A DNA stretch of 51,134 nt, taken from NCBI GenBank assembly GCA_030141605.1, contig JAQGDQ010001264.1, forward strand, positions 1-51,134, written 5' to 3'. Positions 12,401 to 24,300 of the stretch are shown here, in pieces. A program made the translations under genes and the position numbers. Every line of letters starts with the position of its first letter. The first letter of the stretch is position 1. This DNA comes from Tubiluchus corallicola. Lineage: Eukaryota; Animalia; Priapulida. The notes beneath the pieces are model-generated. The model searched no databases. It was not told the DNA's origin and was given only the letters and a program-made list of their open reading frames with translations.

Positions 12401-15400
12401 GCGGTTGCTAAGTGCTTTGTAGAAACGTGACAAAAAACAATGGCTGACTTTAACAGTGATGTTCTCAAGATTACGTTTTTCAGTGCGTAGCCTGCACCTC
12501 AACTTCAACGTGGATTATCTGAGCTTAGAAATAACATAGAGCGATGAACGCGATATCAAAATGATCTTCATGAAATAGAGATTCGGGAAATGTGAATAAC
12601 TAGAAAAGCTTATTTTTTGATTTATGGACGTTTTTGCTCTGCAAGCACATATACTATGTAAATTGCGTAGGCCCTAAGCGTTGTCATATTGTTAATATAG
12701 AATATGTGGAATCATTTCAAGACAGTTTGCAGAACGTTTTCAAAACACGAAGATCGTATTTTGGATACGAAGCAACGATCGTGTTTCGGATATGAAGCAA
12801 CGATCGTGTTTTGGATATGATGCAACGATCGTGTTTTGGATACGAAGCAACGATCGTGTTTTGGATATGAAGCAACGATCGTGTTTTGGATACGATGCAA
12901 CAATCGTGTTTTGGATACGATGCAACGATCGTGTTTTGGATATGAAGCAACGATCGTATTTTGGATACGATGCAACGATCGTGTTTTGGATACGATGCAA
13001 CGATCGTATTTTGGATACGAAGCAACGATCGTATTTCGGATACGATGCAACGATCGTATTTTGGATACGATGCAACGATAGTATTTTGGATACGAAAGAA
13101 CGATCGTATTTCGGATACGATGCAATGATCGTATTTCGGATACGATGCAACGATAGTATTTTGGATACGAAAGAACGATCGTATTTTGGATACGATGCAA
13201 CGATCGTATTTTGGATACGATGCAACGATCGTATTTTGTATACGCTGTAACGATCGTATTTTGTATACGAAAGAACGATAGTATTTTGGATACGATAGTG
13301 CAATCACAATGGCCACAATTTAGCTTAGAGTGAGAAAACACATTCAACTATCACTTTCTTTTCTGTAGAGCAAGACAGGGCCCCTCAGATTATGTGGCTC
13401 CTCAGATAGAGCCCTCAGATATATTTCAGCAACATTTGCATAGCTGGGGCCCCAAATTTCAAATAAAGTACTTTTAAAGAGGGGCCCTTATTTCGAATAG
13501 AGGGTCTCAAACAGGGATGCTTTATCTCAAACGAGTAGCCATTTTGAAATTGAATTTACAGACTTCCTAGCCCCCTATTTTTAAAGTTGAAATTTTAAGT
13601 TTCATAAATTATTCAGCAATGCAAATTATGGTCCCCCCCCAAGCTTGTCGGGCCCTAGGCTGCAGCTTATAGGGTAATGCAGCCCTGATGATTGGTGACA
13701 GTAACAGCTTAGTCAGCTTTAGTGTCACTTTGCATTACTGTTGGTGTTCATCCAGCAAAAGTCAAATGGAAAATAAGAAATTAATCAAGAATTAGGCATT
13801 GAAACAAATTCACATTCAAGATGTTGTACATTCTACCAATACAGTACAGAGACGCATCAAATATACCCTGACCACATACGTCTGTAGCATTTTACAACGT
13901 TTTAATTCTGCAACAGAGCATCATTATTGGAGCTCTGCAGGCAAACAACACAAAATCCATTGTTATGCATGCAAAGCTCCAAGGATAACGCGTTTAAAAT
14001 GAGTAAGACGTAACTTAATGCTGCAGGTGGTGACCCGAATGACCTGTATTCCTGGGCATTTACTACGGGGAACAAAAACCCTGGCGAGAACATCATGGGT
14101 ATCATCATATTCTCGGTGGCATTTGGCATTATAATTGGAAGGCTTGGCAAGAAGGGGAAGCCACTAAAGGACTTCTTTGATTCAATGAGTGAAGCTGTGA
14201 TGAAACTTGTGCACATTGTCATGTGGTATGTTCTTTTTTACACATAATAATTTACCGAGTAATAGATCAAAATCATTTTATTTGTCATGAATGAAAAAAT
14301 ACATACATTCCAATCATCGGACTTTTAGTTCAAAAACAGGAATTGCACAAAGTGTACAGAGTGATACACAAACAGAATATGTAGTATAACAAGTACTATA
14401 TCAAATATTTTAGATAGTAACTGATATTTTTCAGCTTATGAAGACCTATATTAGTCTGAAAGAATGTTGCAGTATAGAATAAAAAGTAAAGATTTAAGAT
14501 CGAGTTTTGTACCAAACTATTTCAATGTTATTATAAGTTGTTTTCAACGTTATAAGTTGCATGTTGTCATAATAATTTAATCAAGATTAAAACATTTACG
14601 GGACTAAAAAGATGGATCAGCCTAGATCGGTTTGCTTTTGGATTTAAAATATTTAAAGATGGCTAATTTAGCTAATTTCTGTCCGAAATCCTTTAAACTT
14701 GATCTGCTTCGGTAGTGATGGTAGAATTTTATGACGATTTTTTAATCTATTTTCACTGGTTTTCAAAATGAACCCGCGACATCCAATCTCAGTTGCAAAA
14801 TATTGCATTCAGAGCTGTTTTCATCGATGTCTATCACCAAGCTTAATGTTTTCTCTATAAGCTGATGTGCTTTTTTAATGTAATTACCTTTACTTAGTAT
14901 GATTATACTTACCTTTACTTACATTTGATTGTACCACAATGGCATTTTAGAGTCTGCTGGAGTAAGTTACATTTTTTATGATTAACTGTAAGGTAGCCCC
15001 TCAGTGAAGGAGGTAGTAGAATCTAGGCTACCTTTTGGTGGAAACAAACACACCTGGTACTGTCTCTCTGTGTCGGATGTAACATCCCGCAGGCTGAAAT
15101 CTGACAGGGCCGGATTATGACCTTTTGGGCCCATAAGCCAATGAAATTTTGGAACTCCTCAGATGAAGCCAACCTCTAATTTGTTCACACTCTTCTCGAA
15201 TATTTTTTACTTGTGATAAGTTTCAGCAATATTTGCATAACTTGGGCCCCAAATTTCAAATAAAGTGCTTTTAAAGAGGGGTCCTTATCTGAAATAGAGG
15301 GTCTCAAACAGGGATGCTTTTTCTCAAACATGAAGCCATTTTAGAATCAGATTTACAGAGTTCCTGGCTTCCTATTTTTAAAGTTGAGATTTTATTTTAG

Positions 15401-18400
15401 GTTTTATGAATTATTCAATAGACCTACAATATTATGGCAGTTTCATATCTCTTATAGAGGGGTACCTATTTGTTTTGCTACCAACAGCTTCGTTCAGTTC
15501 ATCGATTGATCATGTTGAGGAATATTGCTCTCCTGCTTGGTCCCCATCCCATTTATTGCGATGTACATATGCTGGAAAATGTCCTAAGATGTTTCACACG
15601 TAGAGTTTTCTATAGCTGTAATTTAAACTAGAATCTTACCTCGAAAGACTCAAGTTACTAGGTTTAAAATCTCTTGAAGAAAGACGTCTAAAAACCGATC
15701 TAGTCATTGTTATACATCGTACACAAAGAAGTGGATTTAAAACTCTGACATGATTTTAGCCATGAAATAACCGATAACCGAGCCGGAATCTTCTTCTAAA
15801 ATTATAAATGAGACGTGTTTCCAAAACTAGTTTTGCTCATTTCTTCTCAAAGCGTGTAGTGCCAATATGGAATTTCCTACCATCACATATAAATGGACAT
15901 CCTTTGGTCACTGCAGTGAATGCCAAATTATATCAGAAACGTTTAAACACCTCGGACTTAATTCAGTATTTGTATTACGACATGCACATGTAAACAAACT
16001 GCATTGTTTAATATTGCTTTATTTAGAATATTCTGTAATGCTGTGTATCTCATTATAAGACGCACGTGTATCTCCGCGCGTCCCTTCTCCTCCCTTTTGA
16101 CTATTTTTATTGCCATAAATTTAGTATTTTTATTTATTTTATTGTTTTATTTATTTTATACAAACTAAGCTAAACTAAACTCTATTTTAGAAATCACTGA
16201 TACATTGGCAACATGGGATACCACCCGTAATACATAACAATAGATGTCAGAGTTTAGTTCTGTTTAGTTCAGTGAATTAAAAGGAAAACGCTTGATCTCT
16301 TTTGCATTTTCAGGTTCTCTCCCATTGGTATTTGTTTTCTAACAGCTGGCAAAATTGTAGCCATGGACGATCCAAGTAAAATGCTGGGTCGAATTGGCAT
16401 GTACATGGTGACCATATTCGCTGGACTGGGCATTCATTCGTTCATCTTCTTGCCCGTAATTTACTTCATTGTGACCAGAAAGAATCCAGTGTGGCATCTT
16501 CTTGGAGTTATGCAGGCGCTGATAACAGCAGCTGGGACGGCTTCAAGGTTTGTTTGAAAAGTATTATGGACTTATGTAGTGGCATTAGGCTTATGTAGTG
16601 ATGATGCACTTATGTAGCGGCAACAGACTTATGTAGCAGCATCACACTTATGTAGCAGCAATAGACTTATGTAGCAGCAATAGACTTATGTAGCAACAAT
16701 AGACTTGTGTAGCAGCAATAGACTGATGTAGTGGTAATAGACTGATGTAGCACAAATAGGCTTATGTAGTGGTGATAGATTTATGTAGTGGTAGTAGACT
16801 TATGTAGCAGCAATAGACTTGTGTAGTGGTAATAAACGTATGTAGCATCAATAGACTTATGTAGCAGCAATAGACTTGTGTAGTGGTAATAAACTTATGT
16901 AGCAGCAATAGACTTATGCAGTAGCAATAGATTTGTGTAGTGGTAATAGACTTATGTAGCAGCAATAGACTTACGTAGCAGCAATAGACTTATGTAGCGG
17001 TAATAGACTGATGTAGCACAAATAGGCTTATGTAGTGGTGATAGACTTATGTAGCGACAATAGACTTATGTAGCAGCAATAGACTTATGTAGCAGCAATA
17101 GACTGATGTAGTGGTAATAGACTGATGTAGTGGTAATAGACTGATGTAGCACAAATAGGCTTATGTAGTGGTGATAGTCTTATGTAGCAGCAATAGACTT
17201 ATGTAGCAGCAATAGACTGATGTAGCAGCAATAGACTGATGTAGTGGTAATAGACTGATGTAGCACAAATAGGCTTATGTAGTGGTGATAGACTTATGTA
17301 GCGACAGTAGACTTATGTAGCGACAATAGACTTATGTAGCAGCAGCAAACTTTTTAGGATGTAATAATCTTATAGGTAATTGACTGCTACCTGTTCAATA
17401 GACTTATGTAGCAGCAATAGACTGATGTAGCAGCAATAGACTGATGTAGTGGTAATAGACTGATGTAGCACAAATAGGCTTATGTAGTGGTGATAGACTT
17501 ATGTAGCGACAGTAGACTTATGTAGCGACAATAGACTTATGTAGCAGCAGCAAACTTTTTAGGATGTAATAATCTTATAGGTAATTGACTGCTACCTGTT
17601 TCCAACGTGGTTTTGCATTTTGCAACTCACACTAAACTTTTCCACGTAGTTTTTCATTATAGGGCCCTACTGTTTTATCTACATTCTGAAGTATTCTTCA
17701 GAAATTGAGAATGTCTTTGACGATTTTCTTTCACGATTTTTTACACAGTTCAGCTACGTTGCCAATAACGATATCAAACCTTGAGGATAACCGTCACATA
17801 GACTCCAGGGTAGCAAGATTCGTGCTACCAGTGGGAGCCACTATAAACATGGATGGTACTGGACTGTATGAAGCTGTTGCTGTCCTCTTTATTGCACAAG
17901 TGAATAGGCTTCCGTTAGATGCTGGAAAAATTATTGCTCTCAGGTAAGTACTACAGGTGGAGTGCTGTGAATAAGGTGGTCCTATTATTGCTCTCAGGTA
18001 AGTACTACGGGTGAAGTGTTGTGAATAAGGTGGTCCTATTATTGCTCTCAGGTAAGTACTACAGGTGAAATGCTGTGAATAAGGTGGTCCTATTATTGCT
18101 CTCAGGTAAGTACTACAGGTGAAGTGTTGCGAATAAGGTGGTCCTATTATTGCTCTCAGGTAAGTACTACAGGTGAAGTGCTGTGAATAAGGTGGTCCTA
18201 TTATTGCTCTCAGGTAAGTACTACAGGTGAAGTGTTGCGAATAAGGTGGTCCTATTATTGCTCTCAGGTAAGTACTACGGGTGAAGTGTTGCGAATAAGG
18301 TGGTCCTATTATTGCTCTCAGGTAAGTACTACAGGTGAAATGTTGCGAATAAGGTGGTCCTATTATTGCTCTCAGGTAAGTACTACAGGTGAAGTGTTGC

Positions 18401-21044
18401 GAATAAGGTGGTCCTATTATTGCTCTCAGGTAAGTACTACGGGTGAAGTGTTGTGAATAAGGTGGTCCTATTATTGCTCTCAGGTAAGTACTACAGGTGA
18501 AATGTTGCGAATAAGGTGGTCATATTATTGCTCTCAGGTAAGTACTACAGGTGAAGTGCTGTGAATAAGGTGGTCCTATTATTGCTCTCAGGTAAGTACT
18601 ACAGGTGAAGTGCTGTAAAACCATTATTGCTCTCAGGTAAGTACTACAGGTGAAGTGTGCGAATAAGGTGGTCCTATTATTGCTCTCAGGTAAGTACTAC
18701 AGGTGAAGTGCTGTGAATAAGGTGGTCCTATTATTGCTCTCAGGTAAGTACTACAGGTGAAGTGTTGCGAATAAGGTGGTCCTATTATTGCTCTCAGGTA
18801 AGTACTACAGGTGGAGTGCTGTGAATAAGGTGGTCCTATTATTGCTCTCAGGTAAGTACTACAGGTGGAGTGCTGTGAATAAGGTGGTCCTATTATTGCT
18901 CTCAGGTAAGTACTACAGGTGGAGTGCTGTGAATAAGGTGGTCCTGTTATTGTGTAGCTATTTTTTCACTTTCAAGAAAACTCTCGGTCAACAATTTGGG
19001 TACTAAATTACAAAAGAGGCGTAATAAAGCCTACTAAAGAGACCACTCACGCACCCCAAGTAACGCAAAACAACACAACACGCTTATAAAGTGTTGTTTA
19101 CAAGCATCCGGATGCGGATGCGCATGCGTTGGGGATGCGGAATAGATAAGATCGGTTTATATTGTTTTCAATGCTTCCATTTATGCATGCTGCATACGTC
19201 ACTCTTTTTCTTCAGCTATTCTTATTGATTTTTTATTCAGCAGGCCGTTGTGCAGGTGGAGAGCGCATGCGCATCTTCATCCAGACGCTACATAAGCATC
19301 ACTTAAGTCTTCACACCTTCTATTACCAGAAACAATTTCCACCACCTGTAGTAAATTGATTAAAACAGACTGGTGCAATGGTTTCGAAAAGAGCTTTGGC
19401 CTTTGACCTTCTTACATCTCAAAGAACCTACCAAAATCTGTCAACGTTTTAGTAAAATAATTGAGTAGGTCTAAACTTCGTAGGGCGATTATATGCCCGC
19501 TGCATCTGTTTCCCCAGTTTCATCCTATTCCTTTTGGAGCAATATTTATAGTAAAAATAATTCGTTATATTGGTTGTGTATAGCTGATTATTGGTGTTTT
19601 AGGGATGGCAAAAGTATGAAGAGTCAGATTATAAAACTACACGTTTATTGAACATCAAACACAATAAATATAACAGATAGTATTGCCAAGCCCCTGATCT
19701 TAGCCTCTCTGCTCCGGCTCCCAGACTCACCTGATCTCAATCCCCTGAGCTGGGCGCATCGCAGGGTTTATATATCGTGCGCGGAGCTTCGACACCTCAA
19801 TTCTGAATCACTTACTCACGTGACACCACTCCTTAACTGGCTTCATACCAGCATTCACCAACATAATTATCTATCATAATCTAATGCTTTTAACATAGTT
19901 TAACAGGTTCTCTTTACTCTTATATTGTTCATGCAGGAACACCGAGGTCCACGTGCTTTGCAGTCAAATAAACAAATATTCTAGTGTGACATATAAAATT
20001 GTGTTGATTGAAAACGTTGCTTGAAACTGATGAAAAGGCTCTCGTCATAGAGACGATTTGTATTTTACTGTGTGTAAATGTTTAACGTGTGTTCTTTCAG
20101 CATAACAGCAACTGCAGCTAGTGTAGGTGCAGCTGGGATACCACAAGCTGGGTTGGTTACCATGTCAATGGTGCTGACAGCTGTTGGACTGCCGTTAGAT
20201 GACATCTCTCTCATTCTATCAGTGGATTGGCTCTTGTAAGTATAACAAGTTTTTGGTTTTTTGATAGGCTTTATGTGGATCGCTTTTTATATAGTTGCAT
20301 AATGAATGAGCCTTTTCACAGTTTCGTTGTGCGCACGCGCAGTTGATGTAGGTCAAAGCTCAAGTGTATCACAGTAACGCATTTTAACTACAGCCACCAC
20401 GTGACATGTGTGTAAAGCAAAGCTTTCTGCCACATTAGTTCAGTAACTTCAGTTGCTTTACATGAACTTTATTTAATTATGCATTAATCTGTGCGTAGGG
20501 TGATTTACTACCAGGATCTTGCTTGGGAACAAGAAAAAATGAAGCAGGTATGGTTCTAGCTAGGTGTAAAAACTGTTATTACAATAGCTTGGGCTTCGAG
20601 GTGTTGTCAAGTGTACATAAATGCGTTGTCTGGTACACTTGACCTTTGACATTTTCATGATTATCCTCAATCGCTAGAACTCTGAAAAAGCTCTAGTTGG
20701 GTTTTATAGCTGCTATCAGAGATTTGTGTTTTTCATTTTACGTTAAATCTTTGACTTAATAAAACGTTCCAGGCAATATTTTCATTGTACATCAATTTAG
20801 GGACCGATTTCGCACCTCAGTGAACGTATGGGGTGATTCTGTAGGCGCTGGAGTTGTTGAACACCTTGTACGAGACCGACTTCCACCGGAAGCAGACCGG
20901 GATGACGTTAACAACGAAATTTCGTTGCCAGATAATCCACGGGACAAGTGCAATTTTCCCGAGTATAAAGTTGGATATGATAACGTTGCAGTTAATGTTG
21001 AGAAACATAAACTTGATATTGATGACATGATTACGCCTTTGTGA
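8935..21044 (+). CDS. SLC1A: Complete SLC1-family excitatory amino acid (glutamate/aspartate) transporter, paralog B; 7 coding exons, ~562 aa
   Basis: join(8935..9471,12030..12174,14027..14225,16314..16547,17749..17943,20101..20235,20801..21044) = 1689 nt, all GT-AG with consistent phases. Motifs: [21 protein letters not shown] (HP1), ATINMDGT (TM7), ASVGAAGIP (HP2), [13 protein letters not shown] (TM8 Arg typical of acidic amino acid transporters). Confidence 0.95.
9640..11820. repeat. 43-bp minisatellite (~51 copies) in intron 1
   Basis: Unit actatgagtgatataggtcatttgctgttgcaggacttgttcc; ggtcattt at 9651, 9694 ... 11800. Confidence 0.95.
11795..11910 (+). mobile_element. L2/CR1-group LINE ORF2 3' remnant
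   Basis: Reads [22 protein letters not shown]...THLF, resembling the C-terminal motif of L2-type ORF2. Confidence 0.65.
12030..12174 (+). CDS. SLC1A: SLC1 paralog B exon 2 (extracellular loop)
   Basis: tatgcag|GAATCA...ATCG|gtatgt; ESTVLIPP...[17 protein letters not shown], phase 0-1; contains an N-glycosylation sequon (NYT) and is needed to keep the frame. Confidence 0.82.
12750..13297. repeat. 25-bp minisatellite (~22 copies)
   Basis: Unit tgcaacgatcgtattttggatacga with the palindromic core ACGATCGT. Confidence 0.92.
13377..13687 (+). mobile_element. hAT-like MITE (related pieces at ~15105-15435, ~3575-3632 on minus, ~32957-33060)
   Basis: CAGGGC...GCCCTG termini; internal block gggccccaaatttcaaataaagt...agagggtctcaaacagggatgc shared with 15244-15320. 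Confidence 0.6.
14027..14225 (+). CDS. SLC1A: SLC1 paralog B exon 3
   Basis: ctgcag|GTGGT...ATGTG|gtatgt; [48 protein letters not shown]. Confidence 0.92.
15105..15435 (+). mobile_element. hAT-like MITE fragment
   Basis: Starts CAGGGCCCGGATTATG; homologous to 13377-13687. Confidence 0.55.
15510..15990 (+). mobile_element. Degenerate CR1-type LINE 3' fragment
   Basis: Broken reading [57 protein letters not shown]. Confidence 0.8.
16314..16547 (+). CDS. SLC1A: SLC1 paralog B exon 4
   Basis: ttttcag|GTTCTCT...TCAAG|gtttgt; [17 protein letters not shown]...LITAAGTAS. Confidence 0.93.
16565..17600. repeat. 19-bp minisatellite with a terminal ~200-bp duplication
   Basis: Unit atagacttatgtagcagca; the unique tail (aaactttttaggatg...ctacctgtt) appears twice, at ~17347 and ~17552. 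Confidence 0.88.
17749..17943 (+). CDS. SLC1A: SLC1 paralog B exon 5
   Basis: tacacag|TTCAGCT...CTCAG|gtaagt; SATLPITI...[17 protein letters not shown]...KIIAL. Confidence 0.94.
17930..18950 (+). repeat. 54-bp tandem array (19 copies) of the exon 5/intron 5 junction
   Basis: Unit attattgctctcag|gtaagtactacaggtgaagtgctgtgaataaggtggtcct; caggtaagt at 17941, 17995, 18049 ... 18903. Confidence 0.95.
19087..19306. mobile_element. Small foldback MITE
   Basis: ~40-bp imperfect TIRs (aagtgttgtttacaagcatccggatgcggatgcgcatgcg / cgcatgcgcatcttcatccagacgctacataagcatcactt). Confidence 0.6.
19575..19905 (-). mobile_element. Possible solo LTR
   Basis: TG...CA ends, GC-richer body, minus-strand TATATAAA (~19767) followed by AATAAA (~19644); TSD not clean. 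Confidence 0.4.
20101..20235 (+). CDS. SLC1A: SLC1 paralog B exon 6
   Basis: ctttcag|CATAACA...CTCTT|gtaagt; [44 protein letters not shown]. Confidence 0.94.
20309..20692 (-). mobile_element. MITE family H, copy 2 (inverted)
   Basis: Reverse complement aligns with 5249-5717; similar termini. Confidence 0.7.
20801..21044 (+). CDS. SLC1A: SLC1 paralog B exon 7 (terminal)
   Basis: aatttag|GGACCGA; [22 protein letters not shown]...DMITPL*; AATAAA at 21495 and 21568. Confidence 0.94.
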
Positions 21045-21080
21045 CGTGTTTCAATCACAGCACTAAAGCAAACGAAGTGG

Positions 21081-21375
21081 AACTATGAGCATAAGTATGC
21101 AACCATAGATCTAGAAAAGACTATTTGTACCGGTTTTGTGATCAGTTTGCTGTTACTTTGTCTAATTATTCAATGAACATCACAGAACTATGAGCATAAG
21201 TATGCAACCATAGATCTAGAAAAGACTATTTGTACAGGTTTTGTGATCAGTTTGCTGTTACTTTGTCTAATTATTCAATGAACATCACAGAACTATGAGC
21301 ATAAGTATGCAACCATAGATCTAGAAAAGACTATTTGTACCGGTTTTGTGATCAGTTTGCTGTTACTTTGTCTTA
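21081..21375. repeat. 105-bp tandem repeat (~2.8 copies) in the probable 3' UTR
   Basis: aactatgagcataag at 21081, 21186 and 21291. Confidence 0.9.
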
Positions 21376-21822
21376 TTAAATACTTTTACATACGGTATTT
21401 TAAACTTGATTTTACAAATACAAACATTTGTATTCGTGAATAACATTATTGTGGTTCATTATTTTATTTAATATAAAAGTATCACACTTGTAAAAATAAA
21501 ATATTGGCAAGTTCATATAACATTGAGCAAAATGTACTGTAGTAAGTGGAAGCATGGTCAAAAAATCAATAAAAAACAGGCTAATCTAACGCTAAAGCTG
21601 AGCTACATGTGCTGTATGTATACTTTGGCCCAGATGGCCATGCAAAGACCAAGAAATAACGGGAAGAAGGGTATATTGTAAAGAATTTTCCATACAAACT
21701 TGCATTACCTGTTTGAGAGAATTGTGTAACAGGGAAAAGAAAAGTAAAGAAAAACGTAAAACGCAACTGCATAGCTATCCCAGTATGCACCATTGATTCG
21801 TCAAAACACACTACTGATCTTA

Positions 21823-22366
21823 TTAAAAGAAAATCGGACGACTGATTAGACTCAATCTCATTTTAATTTAGAGTCCAAAATATACATTTTCTTGCCTATA
21901 AAAGTTAGCAATTGTTTATTATATTTGAATAATTAGCTTAGAAAGTTAATTAACGGCGACCGAACACAGCTATTGCTTACGTCAGAAACTAACCACAGTT
22001 TGTGCAATGGCAGGCGTTTGCGCGTCAAGCACATTTGCGTAAGTGCTACTGTTTAAATGCATGATGTGACGAAAATGGGCTCTACGTCATACGACGTCAG
22101 AAACTAATACAGCAGTTGATGATCACGGTTATCACGGTACCGCCTTCTATTTGTTGGCCATGCGAATGTGACAAAAAGGTGCCGCTGCCAATCTTAGTAG
22201 ATTCACTGAGCCGCGCGTAGCTTTGAAAGTTTAACGAAATTTGAGTATCCGAGGTAATTATTATTCAATCTAAGCTTTGATTTAAAAAAGCTATTGTAAT
22301 TTTCAATATTTTAGAGCATTCTTTATTCTGAACTCGTGTTTACACAATCATCCGGTTTTCCTTTAA
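21823..22366 (-). mobile_element. TTAA-flanked non-autonomous DNA transposon (Kolobok-like), family K2
   Basis: TTAA-AAGAAAATCGGACGA ... TCATCCGGTTTTCCT-TTAA; inverted homolog at 46432-46963. Confidence 0.75.
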
Positions 22367-22810
22367 CAATAATACTGTTATTCAAACTTTTACTTAGTTA
22401 GTGACGTATGCGTTACGAATGTTCTGATTATTTTTCCAAACTTCACACAATGTTGTTTAAACTTGTTCCAAACCACTTACCGTTAAAAGGGCTGCGCCTA
22501 GCGGTCACCACGGGAATTTAAATTTACAAGTTTTATACAGCGTTACTGTTAGTGCAAGCTCTGTATGCAATGAAACATAAGACAATAAGCAAGAGAATGA
22601 TACAAAAGTTTAAGACAAATTTTTTAAGCTCATGTACGAAGAGTATTGGCATGGCCTGGGAGACGTGACTGTAACATCTTGCAATATCAACCGTATTCAA
22701 TTTAACAACGCATGAATATGAGAATGCATGAAGCAAATAGGGCAGTGTGGGGCAAAACAGCTCCACAGAGTTGTAACTAACACATTGGTTGCACATCTCT
22801 ATTATTACAT

Positions 22811-23568
22811 AAGCCTTTTCACAGTTCCAGCGATTGATGATGATCGCAAAAAGGTCACAGGTTAAGTGTACTTCACAACGCATGTACACATGCAAGACAT
22901 GAATGGTAATCACCTGCATTCTTTTTCCACAGTAATCTTAATAAAACGTGACTATGCTCAACAGGTTACTGAACACTTTATAATCATGATCACAGTTTTT
23001 CTTAGTTCTCGCTCCATTTCATCTTTCATTCACTACCCCCCCCCCCCGCCTCCTTTTATGTATATATTATTATTATTTCAATTATTAATCACTTCTTTAA
23101 GATTTGCACGTACAGTTTGGCCTGTCAAGCTATGCTTTTAGGCTCAAACTGTATGCTTCAAAATTCTTCTGTAATGTAATTTGCACATGTATATGCTGCA
23201 TAAGAATCTCTTTTGTAATTTCTGGATAATATTGCATTTATATTTATATTTACTTCAGTGGAATTATCTGTATTTTTATTATAACTGTTAGATGCAGAGT
23301 GGAAATAAATAAACTTATATAACTTATAATGCCACGCAGCCCATGCTATTGTAATAGCAACAGTTTTAACGGCTAACTAGAACCTTACCTAGTTCATTTT
23401 TTCTTGTTCGCAAGCAAGATCCTGCTAGTTAATCACTCACAAACAGACTAATGCATAATTGAGCAAGGTCATCTAAAACAAATGAAGTTACTGAACTGAC
23501 GCGTCAGATGGTTTTGCTTTACCCACATGGCACGTGTGCGTGCGCACAATGAAACTGTGAAAAGGCTT
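22811..23568 (+). mobile_element. MITE family H, copy 3, interrupted by a ~430-bp insertion (~22900-23330)
   Basis: TIRs AAGCCTTTTCACAGTT / AACTGTGAAAAGGCTT; homology to copy 1 breaks at ~22900 and resumes at ~23330. Confidence 0.7.
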
Positions 23569-24300
23569 ATTCAGAACAACTATTATCACAGGTAAATGGA
23601 ATACACCATCATGTAGATGACACATAATTAACAACAACTAACGATGGATACAATCTAGTGACTACCCTAAATATCTGCATAAATAATTAACATATTTGGC
23701 CTAATTTTTATTAACATAACAGAATAAGAAACATCATGTAAATATATAATTGTGAATCTATAATTATTAAGATTATTGTTACGGGAGATTGAAAGTCACC
23801 ATGTTACATAAAATTATATAAAAGAGACGAAAATCATATTTTTTATATTGCAAAGAAATCATCTAATATTTGCTGCCATTGTCATACAATCTTAAATAAT
23901 CAATATTTAAGCAAATGCATCTAGTAAATCATCCTTATTTACAAGTGAATGCAACTCAAATTTCTAAGACAGCAACACAAAAGAATTTATTCTATTATTC
24001 TGAAACGACTCGAGCTATTATAAATGCAAAGTTCGGTTTTTGCACCAGTAATTTGGTACTAAAAAATCACTGTTTCAGTAACTACATGTACAGTAGCATC
24101 TCTGTAGTTATTCTGGCAAATTCAAGAAAGACTCCAGAAGTAATTATTCAGTAATTAATTAGTAATGAGAGCCGCACATCAACAAATGAAACACAAATTT
24201 ATTTAACACAGTAGCACGAATGAAACGGTTTCGAAGAAAAGTTGACGTCAAGGATATTGGCTTATCGCTCCACTTCCGTTGTAATATAACACACCGACAT

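Noticed and set aside
12712-13347. Overlapping 150-210 aa ORFs
   Set aside because: Artefacts of the 25-bp minisatellite.
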